Virus record (IMG/VR): IMGVR_UViG_3300024262_000015
Coordinates: 32,001-96,000 of that record
Strand: one strand, 5' to 3'
Length of the DNA stretch: 64,000 bases
Source of the DNA: a virus
Positions 9,914 through 19,893 of this stretch are shown in pieces. A program made the position numbers and the translations under genes. Each line of letters begins with the position of its first letter. Within the stretch, counting starts at the first letter, position 1. Under the pieces are notes generated by a model. The model was not told the origin of the DNA. It worked only from the letters and a program-made list of their open reading frames with translations, and ran no database searches.

Positions 9914-11056
9914 ATGGTTAGAGGTGGAGGAAAATTTTATCGGGCTCATGGTGGAGAACACGAGCGAGATCAGGAACAGGCTGATTGGCTTAAGTCTTTT
10001 GCTAATGAATGGGGCAAAACATCTACAGTTCCTAGAAATGCTGTTGAAGTAGCACGAAACCGCAACCAACCCTTACCTCTTACAACCCAAATTCAAAACA
10101 GTTTAAACCCCTCATCTCGTCCTAAGTTTAATAGTGTGGACGATGTTGTTTCTCATTATCGAGATGCTGTAGGAATGGATGATTTAGGAACCAAAACAGC
10201 AGAGTACCGTACCGATCATAACGAGAACCCATTAGTTCCCAATGAATTTCCTTATTTAGAGGACACATGGGATAAAATAATTGAAAACAACTGGGGACTT
10301 AGAAAATCAGACATATTAAACGATCCTTATCTTAAAGACCAAAACGAAGAAGAGCTTGACTCATGGTGGAAAAATTGGATGGAACCCTATTTTAATACTG
10401 ATGAAGATGATAATTTTGTTTACTTAAACCAATTGGGCAAAGAAAAGGTTCTTGATGCTTATCATAAGGCACAACAAAAGCCTTCAAGAAAACCAAAAGA
10501 AAAGGATGTTGAACCAGCAGAATCGTATTTGGGTGCGCCGTTTTTGGAAGAACAAGATCATCTATATCCCGAAGAACCATGGACAAACGAGGATGAGATG
10601 TCGCCGTATAAGAACGCCAGCGAAGACGAGCGAAGTAGATTGAAGATCTCTTCTGTTTTCACTCTTGCTAAAGCCAACAAAATCAAAAGGCTTGCTCAAG
10701 AGATCACTAGTAAAAAAAAAAATCTACTTGAACCAACAAACCTAGGGCCTCCAAAGCTTTTTATTGAGCTACCTGATGTTGAGAGATTTGTTATTAATAT
10801 AATTGAAACCAATCCCCGTATTCAAATTCCTGCCATTCTTCATTCTATTAAAGAAGTTTTTGGAATTGATGGGGTAGATGAGTCTCAATTAAACGATGAA
10901 CATCTAGCCAAAGTTTTAAACGCTCTTCTAATTTCTAACCATAAGCCAACTTTTAATAACTATACGCAACTAGGACGCGGAGTAGGACTGTCGGATCCTG
11001 ATAGCGGAAAAGTAGACAATCCCTTTGCTTCCCTTATGCCTGAACGTATTAGTTAG
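9914..11056 (+). CDS. Hypothetical head protein
   Basis: 380 aa; SD GGAGG; contains an A11 run at 10712-10722. Confidence 0.6.
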   Translation: MVRGGGKFYRAHGGEHERDQEQADWLKSFANEWGKTSTVPRNAVEVARNRNQPLPLTTQIQNSLNPSSRPKFNSVDDVVSHYRDAVGMDDLGTKTAEYRTDHNENPLVPNEFPYLEDTWDKIIENNWGLRKSDILNDPYLKDQNEEELDSWWKNWMEPYFNTDEDDNFVYLNQLGKEKVLDAYHKAQQKPSRKPKEKDVEPAESYLGAPFLEEQDHLYPEEPWTNEDEMSPYKNASEDERSRLKISSVFTLAKANKIKRLAQEITSKKKNLLEPTNLGPPKLFIELPDVERFVINIIETNPRIQIPAILHSIKEVFGIDGVDESQLNDEHLAKVLNALLISNHKPTFNNYTQLGRGVGLSDPDSGKVDNPFASLMPERIS

Positions 11057-11063
11057 AGATTAG

Positions 11064-12911
11064 ATGGCAAAAAATAATGGTCTTAATATATTTGAAGAGT
11101 TTAAAGATAAACTGCTCAATATAGATCCCGTTTCTTATGCTGAACGAAATCTAAAGCTAGACGGGGAAAAATTTAGGATCAGTGGTAACGGGTACAAGCC
11201 CTTTGCAGATATCTATAGATACATAGGAATTCAAGCTTTACGCCGAGATTCTAAACCCATTGTCTTAGTTAAAGGAAGACAGGTGGGAGCTACTACAATG
11301 GCGGTCAACCTTGAATGCTACTTTGCTACCTGTGGACTTTTTGGAACCGCAGACAATCCTCCTGTTCGTATTTTTCATTTATTTCCTAGCCTTCCTTTAG
11401 CTGCTGGGTTCTCTAAGCAGAAGTTAGATGCAACAATTAAATTTGCTGTTGATTCCGGCTTAAAAGATAAAAGAGGAAGAACGCTAAGTATCATTGAATC
11501 CAAATTAGATAAAAGCACCCCCGCCAATGATACTCAACACTTTAAACGCTTTCTTAATGGATCTGAAATTTGGCTCGACTCCACCGGTCTAGATGGAGAC
11601 AGAATTCGTGGTCGTACCGGAGATATAGCGCTCTTTGATGAAGTGCAGGATATGAGCGCCAAAGCTTTAGGTGCAGTAGGAAAGATTTTATCCCAGTCTC
11701 ATTACGGTCCTATTGGTCAAGGAATTCAGGTCTTTTTCGGAACACCTAAACAAAAAGGAACCGCATATTTTAATCTTTGGAGAGCCAGTAGCCAGCAATA
11801 TTATTATTTACGCTGTGGCAAATGCAAAGAGCTTTTCCCCCTTTATCGCCCTGATGTTAAGTGGGAAGATGTTTGGCTTTATGGATACATAGTTAAATGC
11901 GGAGAGTGCGGTCATGAACAAGATAAGAGACAAGCAGCAGAAGATGGATGTTGGGTCGCATTAAATCCTGACGCTGATGAATCTGACTATATTGGTTATC
12001 ATATTAATCAACTTTACATTCCTACCTTTACTAAAGAAGTAATTCTAAAACAGAAGCCCGAAAATCATCCCACTAATACTGAGATGACTTACCAAAATGA
12101 AGTACTAGGAGAGTTTTATGATGGTGAAAGCGGGCTCATTACAGCACAAGAATTAGAAGAAAAGTGTGCAGATAAAGATAGATATTTCAGAAAAGAAATA
12201 ACAATTCATGAAGGCCATAAGGTCTATGCAGGATTTGACTGGGGACAAAAAGGTGAATGGAGTCAACTATCCGGAACTCAAAAGGGCCAGTCATATAGTT
12301 GTGCCGTTATCTTAAGCTCCATAGGCCCACAGCTTTTTAATGTAGAATTTGCTACTCGGTTAAAGAAAACCGACCCCGCTTATAAAGAAGAAGTGGTAGA
12401 GGAACTATTCAAACGTTACTCAATTAGTCATGCTGTTGGAGATATCGGGGATGCTCATGACTTAACTCATACATTACAGAAAAAATTTGGGGAACAATTT
12501 ATCGCCTCTAGAGCAGTAGCAAAATTAAATGGGCACGTAAAGTTTGACGACAGCATTTTCCCAAAAGAAATAAGATTTGAAAAAGATTATTATATATCAG
12601 AACTTGTAGGTCTTCTCAGAAAAGGAGCAATTAGATTTCCTTACGGAGATTATGATAAAATTTTCTGGCTTATTACTCATTGTACTTCCATGGATATTAA
12701 AGTCACTAAAGACAGATCCGGAGACCCAGTACGTAGATTTGTTAAAGGAACCTCACCTAATGATGGTTTTATGGCCCTTTTAAACGCATACCTAGCATGG
12801 AAGTTTGATGTTACCCAAAGGTTCGCTATCGCTAATCCTCAAAACATGGATTTTACAGCGCCCACTAAAAGAGCTAGAATACCTGCAATAGTTGGTCACG
12901 TAAAATTCTAA
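11064..12911 (+). CDS. terL: Terminase large subunit (lambda GpA-like)
   Basis: Walker A KGRQVGATT, Walker B LFDEVQD, FGTP, CxxC...CxxC zinc motif, IGYHINQL, nuclease GFDWG and PNDGFMA. Confidence 0.92.
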   Translation: MAKNNGLNIFEEFKDKLLNIDPVSYAERNLKLDGEKFRISGNGYKPFADIYRYIGIQALRRDSKPIVLVKGRQVGATTMAVNLECYFATCGLFGTADNPPVRIFHLFPSLPLAAGFSKQKLDATIKFAVDSGLKDKRGRTLSIIESKLDKSTPANDTQHFKRFLNGSEIWLDSTGLDGDRIRGRTGDIALFDEVQDMSAKALGAVGKILSQSHYGPIGQGIQVFFGTPKQKGTAYFNLWRASSQQYYYLRCGKCKELFPLYRPDVKWEDVWLYGYIVKCGECGHEQDKRQAAEDGCWVALNPDADESDYIGYHINQLYIPTFTKEVILKQKPENHPTNTEMTYQNEVLGEFYDGESGLITAQELEEKCADKDRYFRKEITIHEGHKVYAGFDWGQKGEWSQLSGTQKGQSYSCAVILSSIGPQLFNVEFATRLKKTDPAYKEEVVEELFKRYSISHAVGDIGDAHDLTHTLQKKFGEQFIASRAVAKLNGHVKFDDSIFPKEIRFEKDYYISELVGLLRKGAIRFPYGDYDKIFWLITHCTSMDIKVTKDRSGDPVRRFVKGTSPNDGFMALLNAYLAWKFDVTQRFAIANPQNMDFTAPTKRARIPAIVGHVKF

Positions 12912-12970
12912 AATTAACATATATAGATAGCGAGATATATGTTTAATAAACCCTTCTCCCTAGGACGTAA

Positions 12971-15900
12971 GTGAATAAGAAATTTATCATCAAAAACACC
13001 AGCCGTGCAGAAGAGCTTTTAGAGAGCCGAAACACTACCCCTCCCTCTATCTCTCCTAAAATGGCTAAAGGAGTAAGCGACCACCGAAGAGAAGAGCTTC
13101 ATGACCAAGTTCTTAATGGTCAATATTCAGATGGAGGGGGTAGAGCTAAACCTATGTCCTCTATTTCCGACGAGCCAACTCTTGCTAGTGCCGTCAGGGG
13201 AAGCAGCGAAGGCCTACTGAAGCTCGCACAAGGATCAGGAGGAGGAGTAGTTGGAAAAGGTGGTCAGGGCTTTAGAGGAAGCGCTGGAGATACAGTCCGT
13301 CAAGGGCCTGAGGTTTATTCTCCTCTCTGGCTTAACAGTAACCTTAACCTTCCACGAGATAGAGCTACCCTTAATGCTTGGGCCCGATCTTTCTTCGCGC
13401 TTAACCCCATAGTACAAAACGCAATTAGTCTTCACTCCACTTATCCCATCTCTAAATTAAATATTAAATGTAAAAACCAAAAGGTAGAGGCCTTCTTCCA
13501 AGATATGGCAGAAGAAATGGATCTTCTTAATAAGTGTATCCAAATTGCTCAAGAATTCTGGGTTGTTGGTGAGGCCTTCCCCTATATGGAACTAGATGAG
13601 CGCCAAGGAAAATGGAGCCGCATCATTATTCAAAATCCAGATTATATTGTTGTCAAGCAGTCTGTCATTGCTGGAGAACCAATCATTAGCCTCCGTCCAG
13701 ATGAAAACTTGCGCCGAGTAGTATTTTCTAATAACCCCGTAGACCTTCAACAACGTAAACAATTAGATCCAACCATCATTGATCACGTTAAAAGAAGCGA
13801 AAACATCCCTCTTAATAACTTCTACATTTCTCATCTAGCTCGTAAAATCAGCCCGTATGAGGTCCGAGGAACAAGCATCATCGTTTCCTGCTTCCGTGAC
13901 TTAATGCTTTTTGACTTGCTTCGAGAGTCAAAATTTGCGCAAGCTTACAACATGATTAACCCTCTGACTCTTGTTAAAATTGGTGGAGCAGAATTCAAGC
14001 CCAACCCCACAGACCTTGAAGCTTGGCGAGAGGTCTTTGAATGTCATGATGAAGAAACCGAAGTCCTAACTGACCAAGGCTTCATGAAATTCGATGAAGT
14101 AATTGAATACCAAGAAGCTATGGATGGGACCACTGGAATGTCTCAAATCACCTGGAAACGACCAAAGCCCGGAATTAAGATTGCTTGCTTTAATCCAGAT
14201 ACTGAAGAACTAGAATATCACTTCCCAGATGCCGCCCATATTTATGATTATGACGGGGAGATGTATCATTTTGCTAATGACAAGATGGATATCAAGGTTA
14301 CCCCCAATCATAAAATGTGGGTACAAAGAAAAAGATTTAAAGGAACTACAGGTAAAGGAAAGAAACGAGAATCCTGGTGGGGAGAATGGGAAGCCATCGA
14401 GGCTAAGGATGTTAAGTTAGCGGACAGGCGTTTTCGTTCAAAAATTAACTGGAAGGGAAACGATGAGATTAAAGAGGTGGAAATTAAAGGAAATAAAGTT
14501 CCTATCGAGCTTTATTTAGAATTTTTAGGATACCTTTTAAGTGAAGGCTGTGTCTTTAATGATGACTCTCATTGTATGCTTACACTAGCTCAAACTACAA
14601 CAGTAAAGAATAAAGGGGCCAATCCTTTTTATCCAAAAATGAAAAAATGTTTAGAAAGTTTTGCTGAAATCTTTCAAGCTCGTGTAGGACATTCCTTTAG
14701 AAAAGAAGGAGAAACGACACAAGAATTATGGACGGGTCGTTTATCCCATCGCAATTTAGTATCTTTTTTTGAAGATGAAATCGGCACCGGACAAAGCGCG
14801 AAATCTTGGGAAAAATATATCCCGAGATGGATTTTAAATCTCAGCCCACGTCTTCTAAACATCCTTCTTTCAGCGTTATTAGCTGGAGATGGAAGCGCTT
14901 TTGAAAGACCAAAAAATAAAAGTTTAACAGGTTATTTTTACTATTCTACCTCTAAACAATTGGCTGATGATGTTTATGAAGTAGCGTATAAATGCGACTT
15001 TGTTCCAACCATGTTTAAACGAGATGATGAAAGATATCTCTATACTTATGGTTCTACAAAAGAAGAGCGCTCTACTCCAAGGAAAACTCCACGAAGAGTG
15101 TTGTATACGGTTCAATGGAGCAATTCTCATATAGGTGAGTTTCCTCTATTGAACAAAAACATTATAGACCCTCGCACAAAAATTCGCCGCCCACTTCTAA
15201 CTAATCCTCATTATTCAGGGAAGGTTTGGTGCTTTTCTACACCTACAGGGTTTATGATAACTCGTAGAAACAATAAGGTAACAGTCCAGCAACAGAGCGC
15301 CCAATATGACCGAGACTTCAAAATATTCACACATGACCAAGTGGCTGTAGAAAGAGTAGGATATGCATCAGGGATTTATGATACTTCTGCAGACATTACT
15401 CAAATCATAAAAGAAATTTACATTGGGCTAATGGTTCCCAGTGTAATCATGGATGGCAGTGACACAACCTATGCAACTGGCAGTGTGGCTCTTGATGTTT
15501 TGCGTCAGCGTTATTTGTCTTTTCGAGAGATGATGACGCTTTGGTTACGGCGTAAAGTGTTTGCTCCTATTTCTAAACTACAAAACTTTTATGAGTATAG
15601 GGAGGGAAAAAAAGAATTAATTATTCCTGACGTTGATTGGAACCACATGTCTCTATTTGACATGAATGATTACATCAGCAACCTTATCAATCTTTTGGGT
15701 ACGGAACCAGGAAAAGAAAAGGTTTCAATTCATACGGTTTATCGTTCTTTGGGTCTAAATTATGAAGATGAAGATCGTAAGCTAAGGTATGAAAGTGTAC
15801 AAAGAACAATCCGCAATAAGGAAACAGAAGCACTTGACAACTATTCATTAAATGAGCTTAGAGCGTTTGGTCCTGGGGATGAGGTAGACGATAGAAATAA

Positions 15901-15988
15901 GAAGGTGCCGGGCGAAACTTCTGAGGGAAATGACGAAGGAGAAGCAGGTGGAGGAGGGTTACCGTCTATGGATGACGCGCCAATGTAA
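12971..15988 (+). CDS. Portal protein containing an intein (about 587 aa after splicing)
   Basis: Directly after terL; NPIVQNAISLHSTYP, EFWVVGEAFPY, RGTSII portal-like motifs; intein at aa 358-775. Confidence 0.85.
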   Translation: MNKKFIIKNTSRAEELLESRNTTPPSISPKMAKGVSDHRREELHDQVLNGQYSDGGGRAKPMSSISDEPTLASAVRGSSEGLLKLAQGSGGGVVGKGGQGFRGSAGDTVRQGPEVYSPLWLNSNLNLPRDRATLNAWARSFFALNPIVQNAISLHSTYPISKLNIKCKNQKVEAFFQDMAEEMDLLNKCIQIAQEFWVVGEAFPYMELDERQGKWSRIIIQNPDYIVVKQSVIAGEPIISLRPDENLRRVVFSNNPVDLQQRKQLDPTIIDHVKRSENIPLNNFYISHLARKISPYEVRGTSIIVSCFRDLMLFDLLRESKFAQAYNMINPLTLVKIGGAEFKPNPTDLEAWREVFECHDEETEVLTDQGFMKFDEVIEYQEAMDGTTGMSQITWKRPKPGIKIACFNPDTEELEYHFPDAAHIYDYDGEMYHFANDKMDIKVTPNHKMWVQRKRFKGTTGKGKKRESWWGEWEAIEAKDVKLADRRFRSKINWKGNDEIKEVEIKGNKVPIELYLEFLGYLLSEGCVFNDDSHCMLTLAQTTTVKNKGANPFYPKMKKCLESFAEIFQARVGHSFRKEGETTQELWTGRLSHRNLVSFFEDEIGTGQSAKSWEKYIPRWILNLSPRLLNILLSALLAGDGSAFERPKNKSLTGYFYYSTSKQLADDVYEVAYKCDFVPTMFKRDDERYLYTYGSTKEERSTPRKTPRRVLYTVQWSNSHIGEFPLLNKNIIDPRTKIRRPLLTNPHYSGKVWCFSTPTGFMITRRNNKVTVQQQSAQYDRDFKIFTHDQVAVERVGYASGIYDTSADITQIIKEIYIGLMVPSVIMDGSDTTYATGSVALDVLRQRYLSFREMMTLWLRRKVFAPISKLQNFYEYREGKKELIIPDVDWNHMSLFDMNDYISNLINLLGTEPGKEKVSIHTVYRSLGLNYEDEDRKLRYESVQRTIRNKETEALDNYSLNELRAFGPGDEVDDRNKKVPGETSEGNDEGEAGGGGLPSMDDAPM
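14042..15295 (+). mobile_element. Intein with LAGLIDADG endonuclease in the portal (418 aa)
   Basis: Block A CHDEETEVLT, block B VTPNH, LAGLIDADG FLGYLLSEG / LLAGDGS, block F YSGKVWCFST, C-terminal TVQQQ|S. Confidence 0.9.
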
Positions 15989-16028
15989 TGAATATTTTGG
16001 TGTAAAAAGTATTAGGAGAAGTCTGCCA

Positions 16029-19000
16029 ATGAACCCTCAAGATCTACATAAACGCGCTGAAGTATTCTTAAAACTTGCTCAGACCCTAGAGCCTACCCAA
16101 ACGAATCTTCTGGGTCGTGGTTGGGAATCATTAACCGGAAAATCTCCTAGGTTAACAATGTTTCAGGCCATCCGAGATAAGATACCGCTTTTCTTTCCTG
16201 GTACTGAAAGGGCGCGGCTTTATAGAGAATTACAAACCGTAGATAATGCTATACGCAAAGGTCCATTAGAAGCGGGCAAAGCAGGATCAACTAAAGGAGC
16301 AACGGATTTAAGAGATTTGCTTCGTTCTGCTAAGGAATCTTTAAATGGTGGTTATTACTTAACTGAAGTTGGTGTTATTAAAAGAATTGGTGATATTATA
16401 GGCGCCATAGCTGAAAAAGCAACCGAGCTTCAAGGGTTGCGCGATGAAATTTTAGGTGACTTTTATGGAAGTCCGGGAGAGGCAGATCAAACTGAGGTTT
16501 TAGAAACTTTAGAAGAGATTCGTACTCCAGCACAAGTTAAGAAGAACAGAAGAAAGAAAAGTGATTTAGAGATAGAGGCTGAGCTTTTAAAAGAAGCTCA
16601 GTTATTTGATTATTTTTCCCAACGACAGAGGGATCGTAGAAGGCTTGATAAACTAGATAGGTCGCGCAGACTTCAGATGAAAGCTCTCTATGATGATGCG
16701 GCTCGGGCAGTAGATCAAACTATTGGTCTTCTTAAGGATCTTGGGTCTGATAGGGCAGGCGGTGAGATTACAGATTACTTAAACAAAGCTAGAAGATTTA
16801 ATAGCATTCATAACACTTTAGAAAACCAAATTTCTCAACGATATAATGCGGGTGCTGGTACGCCTGGAGGGTCAGTAAAAGAAATGGCTGATCGTCAAAG
16901 GGATGCTTTAGAACAAGAAATAAAGAGGGCCAAAGAAAAAGAAAAAGCAGATGAGGCACAGCGTAAAAAGGATGCAGAAGAATTTAATGAAAGTTCCCCA
17001 GAAGCCCAAGCGGCAGCAGTTAATCAAGCTGTAAACGAAGCCGAGTCGGATGTTGAGACAGATATTGATGACCTTGATGCCGAATTTCCTTATACTCAAT
17101 CTGATAAAGAATGGGCAAAAGATCTTAAAAAATATTTAAAAGAAAATGGTGTTGATAAGAAAGCGCGCAAAAATATCATAAGCGATATGATAACTCAGGT
17201 TCGCTCAACGGGTGACGCCATGGAGGCATTAGTAACAGAATATATAGAATTTAATGAAGAAAGAAAAGCCGAACAAGACGCTGCTATCATTGCTGAACTT
17301 CAAAAAAAGACTGATGAAGAAAATAAAGCACAAGAGGCGGCAGAAAAGGCAGCGGCCAAAGCTAAGCCTACTAACCCTCGTCCCAAGCCTAAAGATCAAG
17401 ATGAGTTAAAAGAACAAATAGAAAGTTTCTGGAAAGACATTGAAGCTATTGAAGAGACAGATCCAAAAAAGCACAGAGAGGCTTTCTTAGTTGCTGCTAA
17501 AAATTATGAACCTGTAGTTTGGCGCGAATGGGAACGAGTTCAAAACGCTCTTCCTGGATTCCAAACATCAACATCTATAGCTCCGTTTCCTGGCTGGGAT
17601 GCGGTTGAAAAAGGAGCCCAAGACCTTAAAGCAAAACAGGATGCTGCTGATAAAGCCGAGGCCGAGGCAGCAGCGGGAACTCTAGAGCCTACGGTAGAAA
17701 CTGTAGAAACCGCTGATGAGGATACGGCTACAGGAACAGGGGTTGCCGAAGAAAGTATCGTTGAAGAACCGCCCGTTCCTGCTCCCCTTTATCAACAGCT
17801 TGAACAAATGTGGAACCAAATTCGTGATGCTGAAATTGCTAATCCACAAGAAAAATTCTACGATTACTCTAAAAACAATTTCCAAGAAAACATTATTAAT
17901 CCTATTACCTCCGCATTTCCAAAAACCGTTGTAAATAAATTTGTAGAACTTGCGTCCAAAAATCGAGGACGTAATGGCACTCTTAACCCTTATCCTTTAA
18001 ATGCCGAAGGTGAGCCCAAAACTCCAGAAGAGATAGCGGCTGAGACTGTAGTTCCAGAAGTCGAACCGGAGACAGATGTAACAGAAGAAGACGTAACAGA
18101 AGAAGACGTAACAGAAGAAGATGTAACAGAAGAAGATGTAACAGAAGAAGATGTAACAGAAGAAGATGTAACGAGCGAGGTATCTCCCGTAGTCGATCCT
18201 ATTGTTCTTAACTCTGAGCTTTATAATACAATTATTTCTAACCCTGAGTACTTTAGTAATTTTACTGAAGAAAAAGGACAAGAAGCAGTTAGAGTTATGA
18301 ACGAGCTTGTAGAAAGTGCTGAAGGAGAAGATTCTTATTTAACCGACATTGAAGCTTTTCTAAACGAAACTTATGATAGAGATATTGATGAAGCTATTCG
18401 TACGTTAGAAATTGCTTTATCCAACGCCGGCCCCCAACCACAAATAGAAGCTCTGGAAGATGAAGGCGCTGAAAAAACAGGTCCCGAAGATAAGTTTATT
18501 CCGCTAGCTCAACATCAATTGGCAGGCCCTTTAGAAATGGGTATAAATGAAAATCATATTTGGATGAACAACGATATTGATTTTCTAGAACAAGGTTTTA
18601 CGGCTTCTGAAGAAGACATTCAGGCTTTAGCTTTAGACGCCATTACGGAAGCTAACATTGACCCGGAGGATCTTGATGATACCTCTTCGTTGACCTTAGA
18701 GTTTGAGGTTCCTGGACCTGACGGCAACCTTCTTTCTATGACCCTAGACCTAATTAAAACTCAAAATAGGGCTGGACAAGAAATTATTGCGATAACTAAT
18801 TTTACAGAAGAGGGAGTAGCAGAAGCAGAAACAATTATTGAGCCTTTTGATCCTGCTAAAAAAGAAATAACTCCTCTTTCTGAAGGAGTTAAAGAAGGCC
18901 ATTTATGGAAAGAGCCTAGTCTTTCAATTCCAGGCCGAACACCAGCAGCATCGATAAAAGCTTTCCCTGCTTTTGTGCGTGCAATTGCTTACGGACTTAA

Positions 19001-19886
19001 CGCTTTAGGCCCTCTAGAAATAGATAAACTAACATCTCTTGACATTGTATTGACTAGAGGGGACAAGAAGATCCCATTTGAAGTTTTAGTTACTCCTAAA
19101 ATCAAAGATGGAAAAGAAATAGTTGTTGTTGAGGCCATTGAAAGTCCAGTAGCCTCCACGCCATTGGAAGCAGCGGAACCAGAACCAGAACCAGAATCGG
19201 TTCAATCGGAAGAAGAAAAATTAAAAGATAAACCTACACCGGTCGCTACACCAAAAGCACAGCCCTTTACTGGATTTACTGTAGAGGACATTATTTGGCC
19301 TGAACCTGAAGCTACAATTGACCCAGTAATTATGCCAATGTACGAAGCTAATGCCCCTGCAATAATTAATGGTATTACTGCTTATATTATTGGGGACCGA
19401 TTTGTAACACCAACAGGACGCCAACCCAAACTTGGACAAAGAAAAATTAACGTCGAAGACAGGCTGAGAGTTACAGTAAATATTGTAGCTGATGAACAGG
19501 GAAATAGAAAAATTCAAATAGTTAATGTTTCTGGAACCCCTGTTAAACAAGTCAGAAAACCTAAAGAAACAGTTAACATTTTAGGGACCCCAGTGAAACG
19601 ACGCCAAAAGGAACATTCGGAAGAAGTTGAAAAAGCTTCCCCGGAAAAAACCCCTTCTCAGAAAGTCACCCCAGAGGCTCCACCAAAAGAAGAGCCTGCA
19701 AAGACCACACCAGAAGCTGTCTCAGAGGTGGCTGAAGTGGCTGAAGAATCAAGCGGAACCCAAACAGAGACAGAGGTCAAAACGGAGAAGGAGACGTACA
19801 ATCCTGATCCTGCTTCTCTTTTAATAGATGACCCCAATGTTCCTTCTTCTGAAGACGCAGGTCCCGCCCAAGGAAAGCTCTTTTAG
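16029..19886 (+). CDS. Very large acidic putative internal head protein
   Basis: Start moved to ATG 16029 after SD AGGAGA; KRAE, KLAQ and KEAQ motifs; acidic repeats. Confidence 0.6.
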   Translation: MNPQDLHKRAEVFLKLAQTLEPTQTNLLGRGWESLTGKSPRLTMFQAIRDKIPLFFPGTERARLYRELQTVDNAIRKGPLEAGKAGSTKGATDLRDLLRSAKESLNGGYYLTEVGVIKRIGDIIGAIAEKATELQGLRDEILGDFYGSPGEADQTEVLETLEEIRTPAQVKKNRRKKSDLEIEAELLKEAQLFDYFSQRQRDRRRLDKLDRSRRLQMKALYDDAARAVDQTIGLLKDLGSDRAGGEITDYLNKARRFNSIHNTLENQISQRYNAGAGTPGGSVKEMADRQRDALEQEIKRAKEKEKADEAQRKKDAEEFNESSPEAQAAAVNQAVNEAESDVETDIDDLDAEFPYTQSDKEWAKDLKKYLKENGVDKKARKNIISDMITQVRSTGDAMEALVTEYIEFNEERKAEQDAAIIAELQKKTDEENKAQEAAEKAAAKAKPTNPRPKPKDQDELKEQIESFWKDIEAIEETDPKKHREAFLVAAKNYEPVVWREWERVQNALPGFQTSTSIAPFPGWDAVEKGAQDLKAKQDAADKAEAEAAAGTLEPTVETVETADEDTATGTGVAEESIVEEPPVPAPLYQQLEQMWNQIRDAEIANPQEKFYDYSKNNFQENIINPITSAFPKTVVNKFVELASKNRGRNGTLNPYPLNAEGEPKTPEEIAAETVVPEVEPETDVTEEDVTEEDVTEEDVTEEDVTEEDVTEEDVTSEVSPVVDPIVLNSELYNTIISNPEYFSNFTEEKGQEAVRVMNELVESAEGEDSYLTDIEAFLNETYDRDIDEAIRTLEIALSNAGPQPQIEALEDEGAEKTGPEDKFIPLAQHQLAGPLEMGINENHIWMNNDIDFLEQGFTASEEDIQALALDAITEANIDPEDLDDTSSLTLEFEVPGPDGNLLSMTLDLIKTQNRAGQEIIAITNFTEEGVAEAETIIEPFDPAKKEITPLSEGVKEGHLWKEPSLSIPGRTPAASIKAFPAFVRAIAYGLNALGPLEIDKLTSLDIVLTRGDKKIPFEVLVTPKIKDGKEIVVVEAIESPVASTPLEAAEPEPEPESVQSEEEKLKDKPTPVATPKAQPFTGFTVEDIIWPEPEATIDPVIMPMYEANAPAIINGITAYIIGDRFVTPTGRQPKLGQRKINVEDRLRVTVNIVADEQGNRKIQIVNVSGTPVKQVRKPKETVNILGTPVKRRQKEHSEEVEKASPEKTPSQKVTPEAPPKEEPAKTTPEAVSEVAEVAEESSGTQTETEVKTEKETYNPDPASLLIDDPNVPSSEDAGPAQGKLF
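18075..18173 (+). repeat. 15-bp coding tandem repeat (DVTEE), 6 full copies plus a partial
   Basis: GAYGTAACAGAAGAA repeated in frame. Confidence 0.95.
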
Positions 19887-19893
19887 GAGATTT

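Noticed and set aside
15930-16028. ORF-track start at 15930
   Set aside because: It overlaps the portal 3' end; ATG 16029 has an SD and a candidate promoter.
18075-18173. CRISPR array
   Set aside because: 15-bp head-to-tail repeats with no spacers, in frame within a CDS. No cas genes seen.
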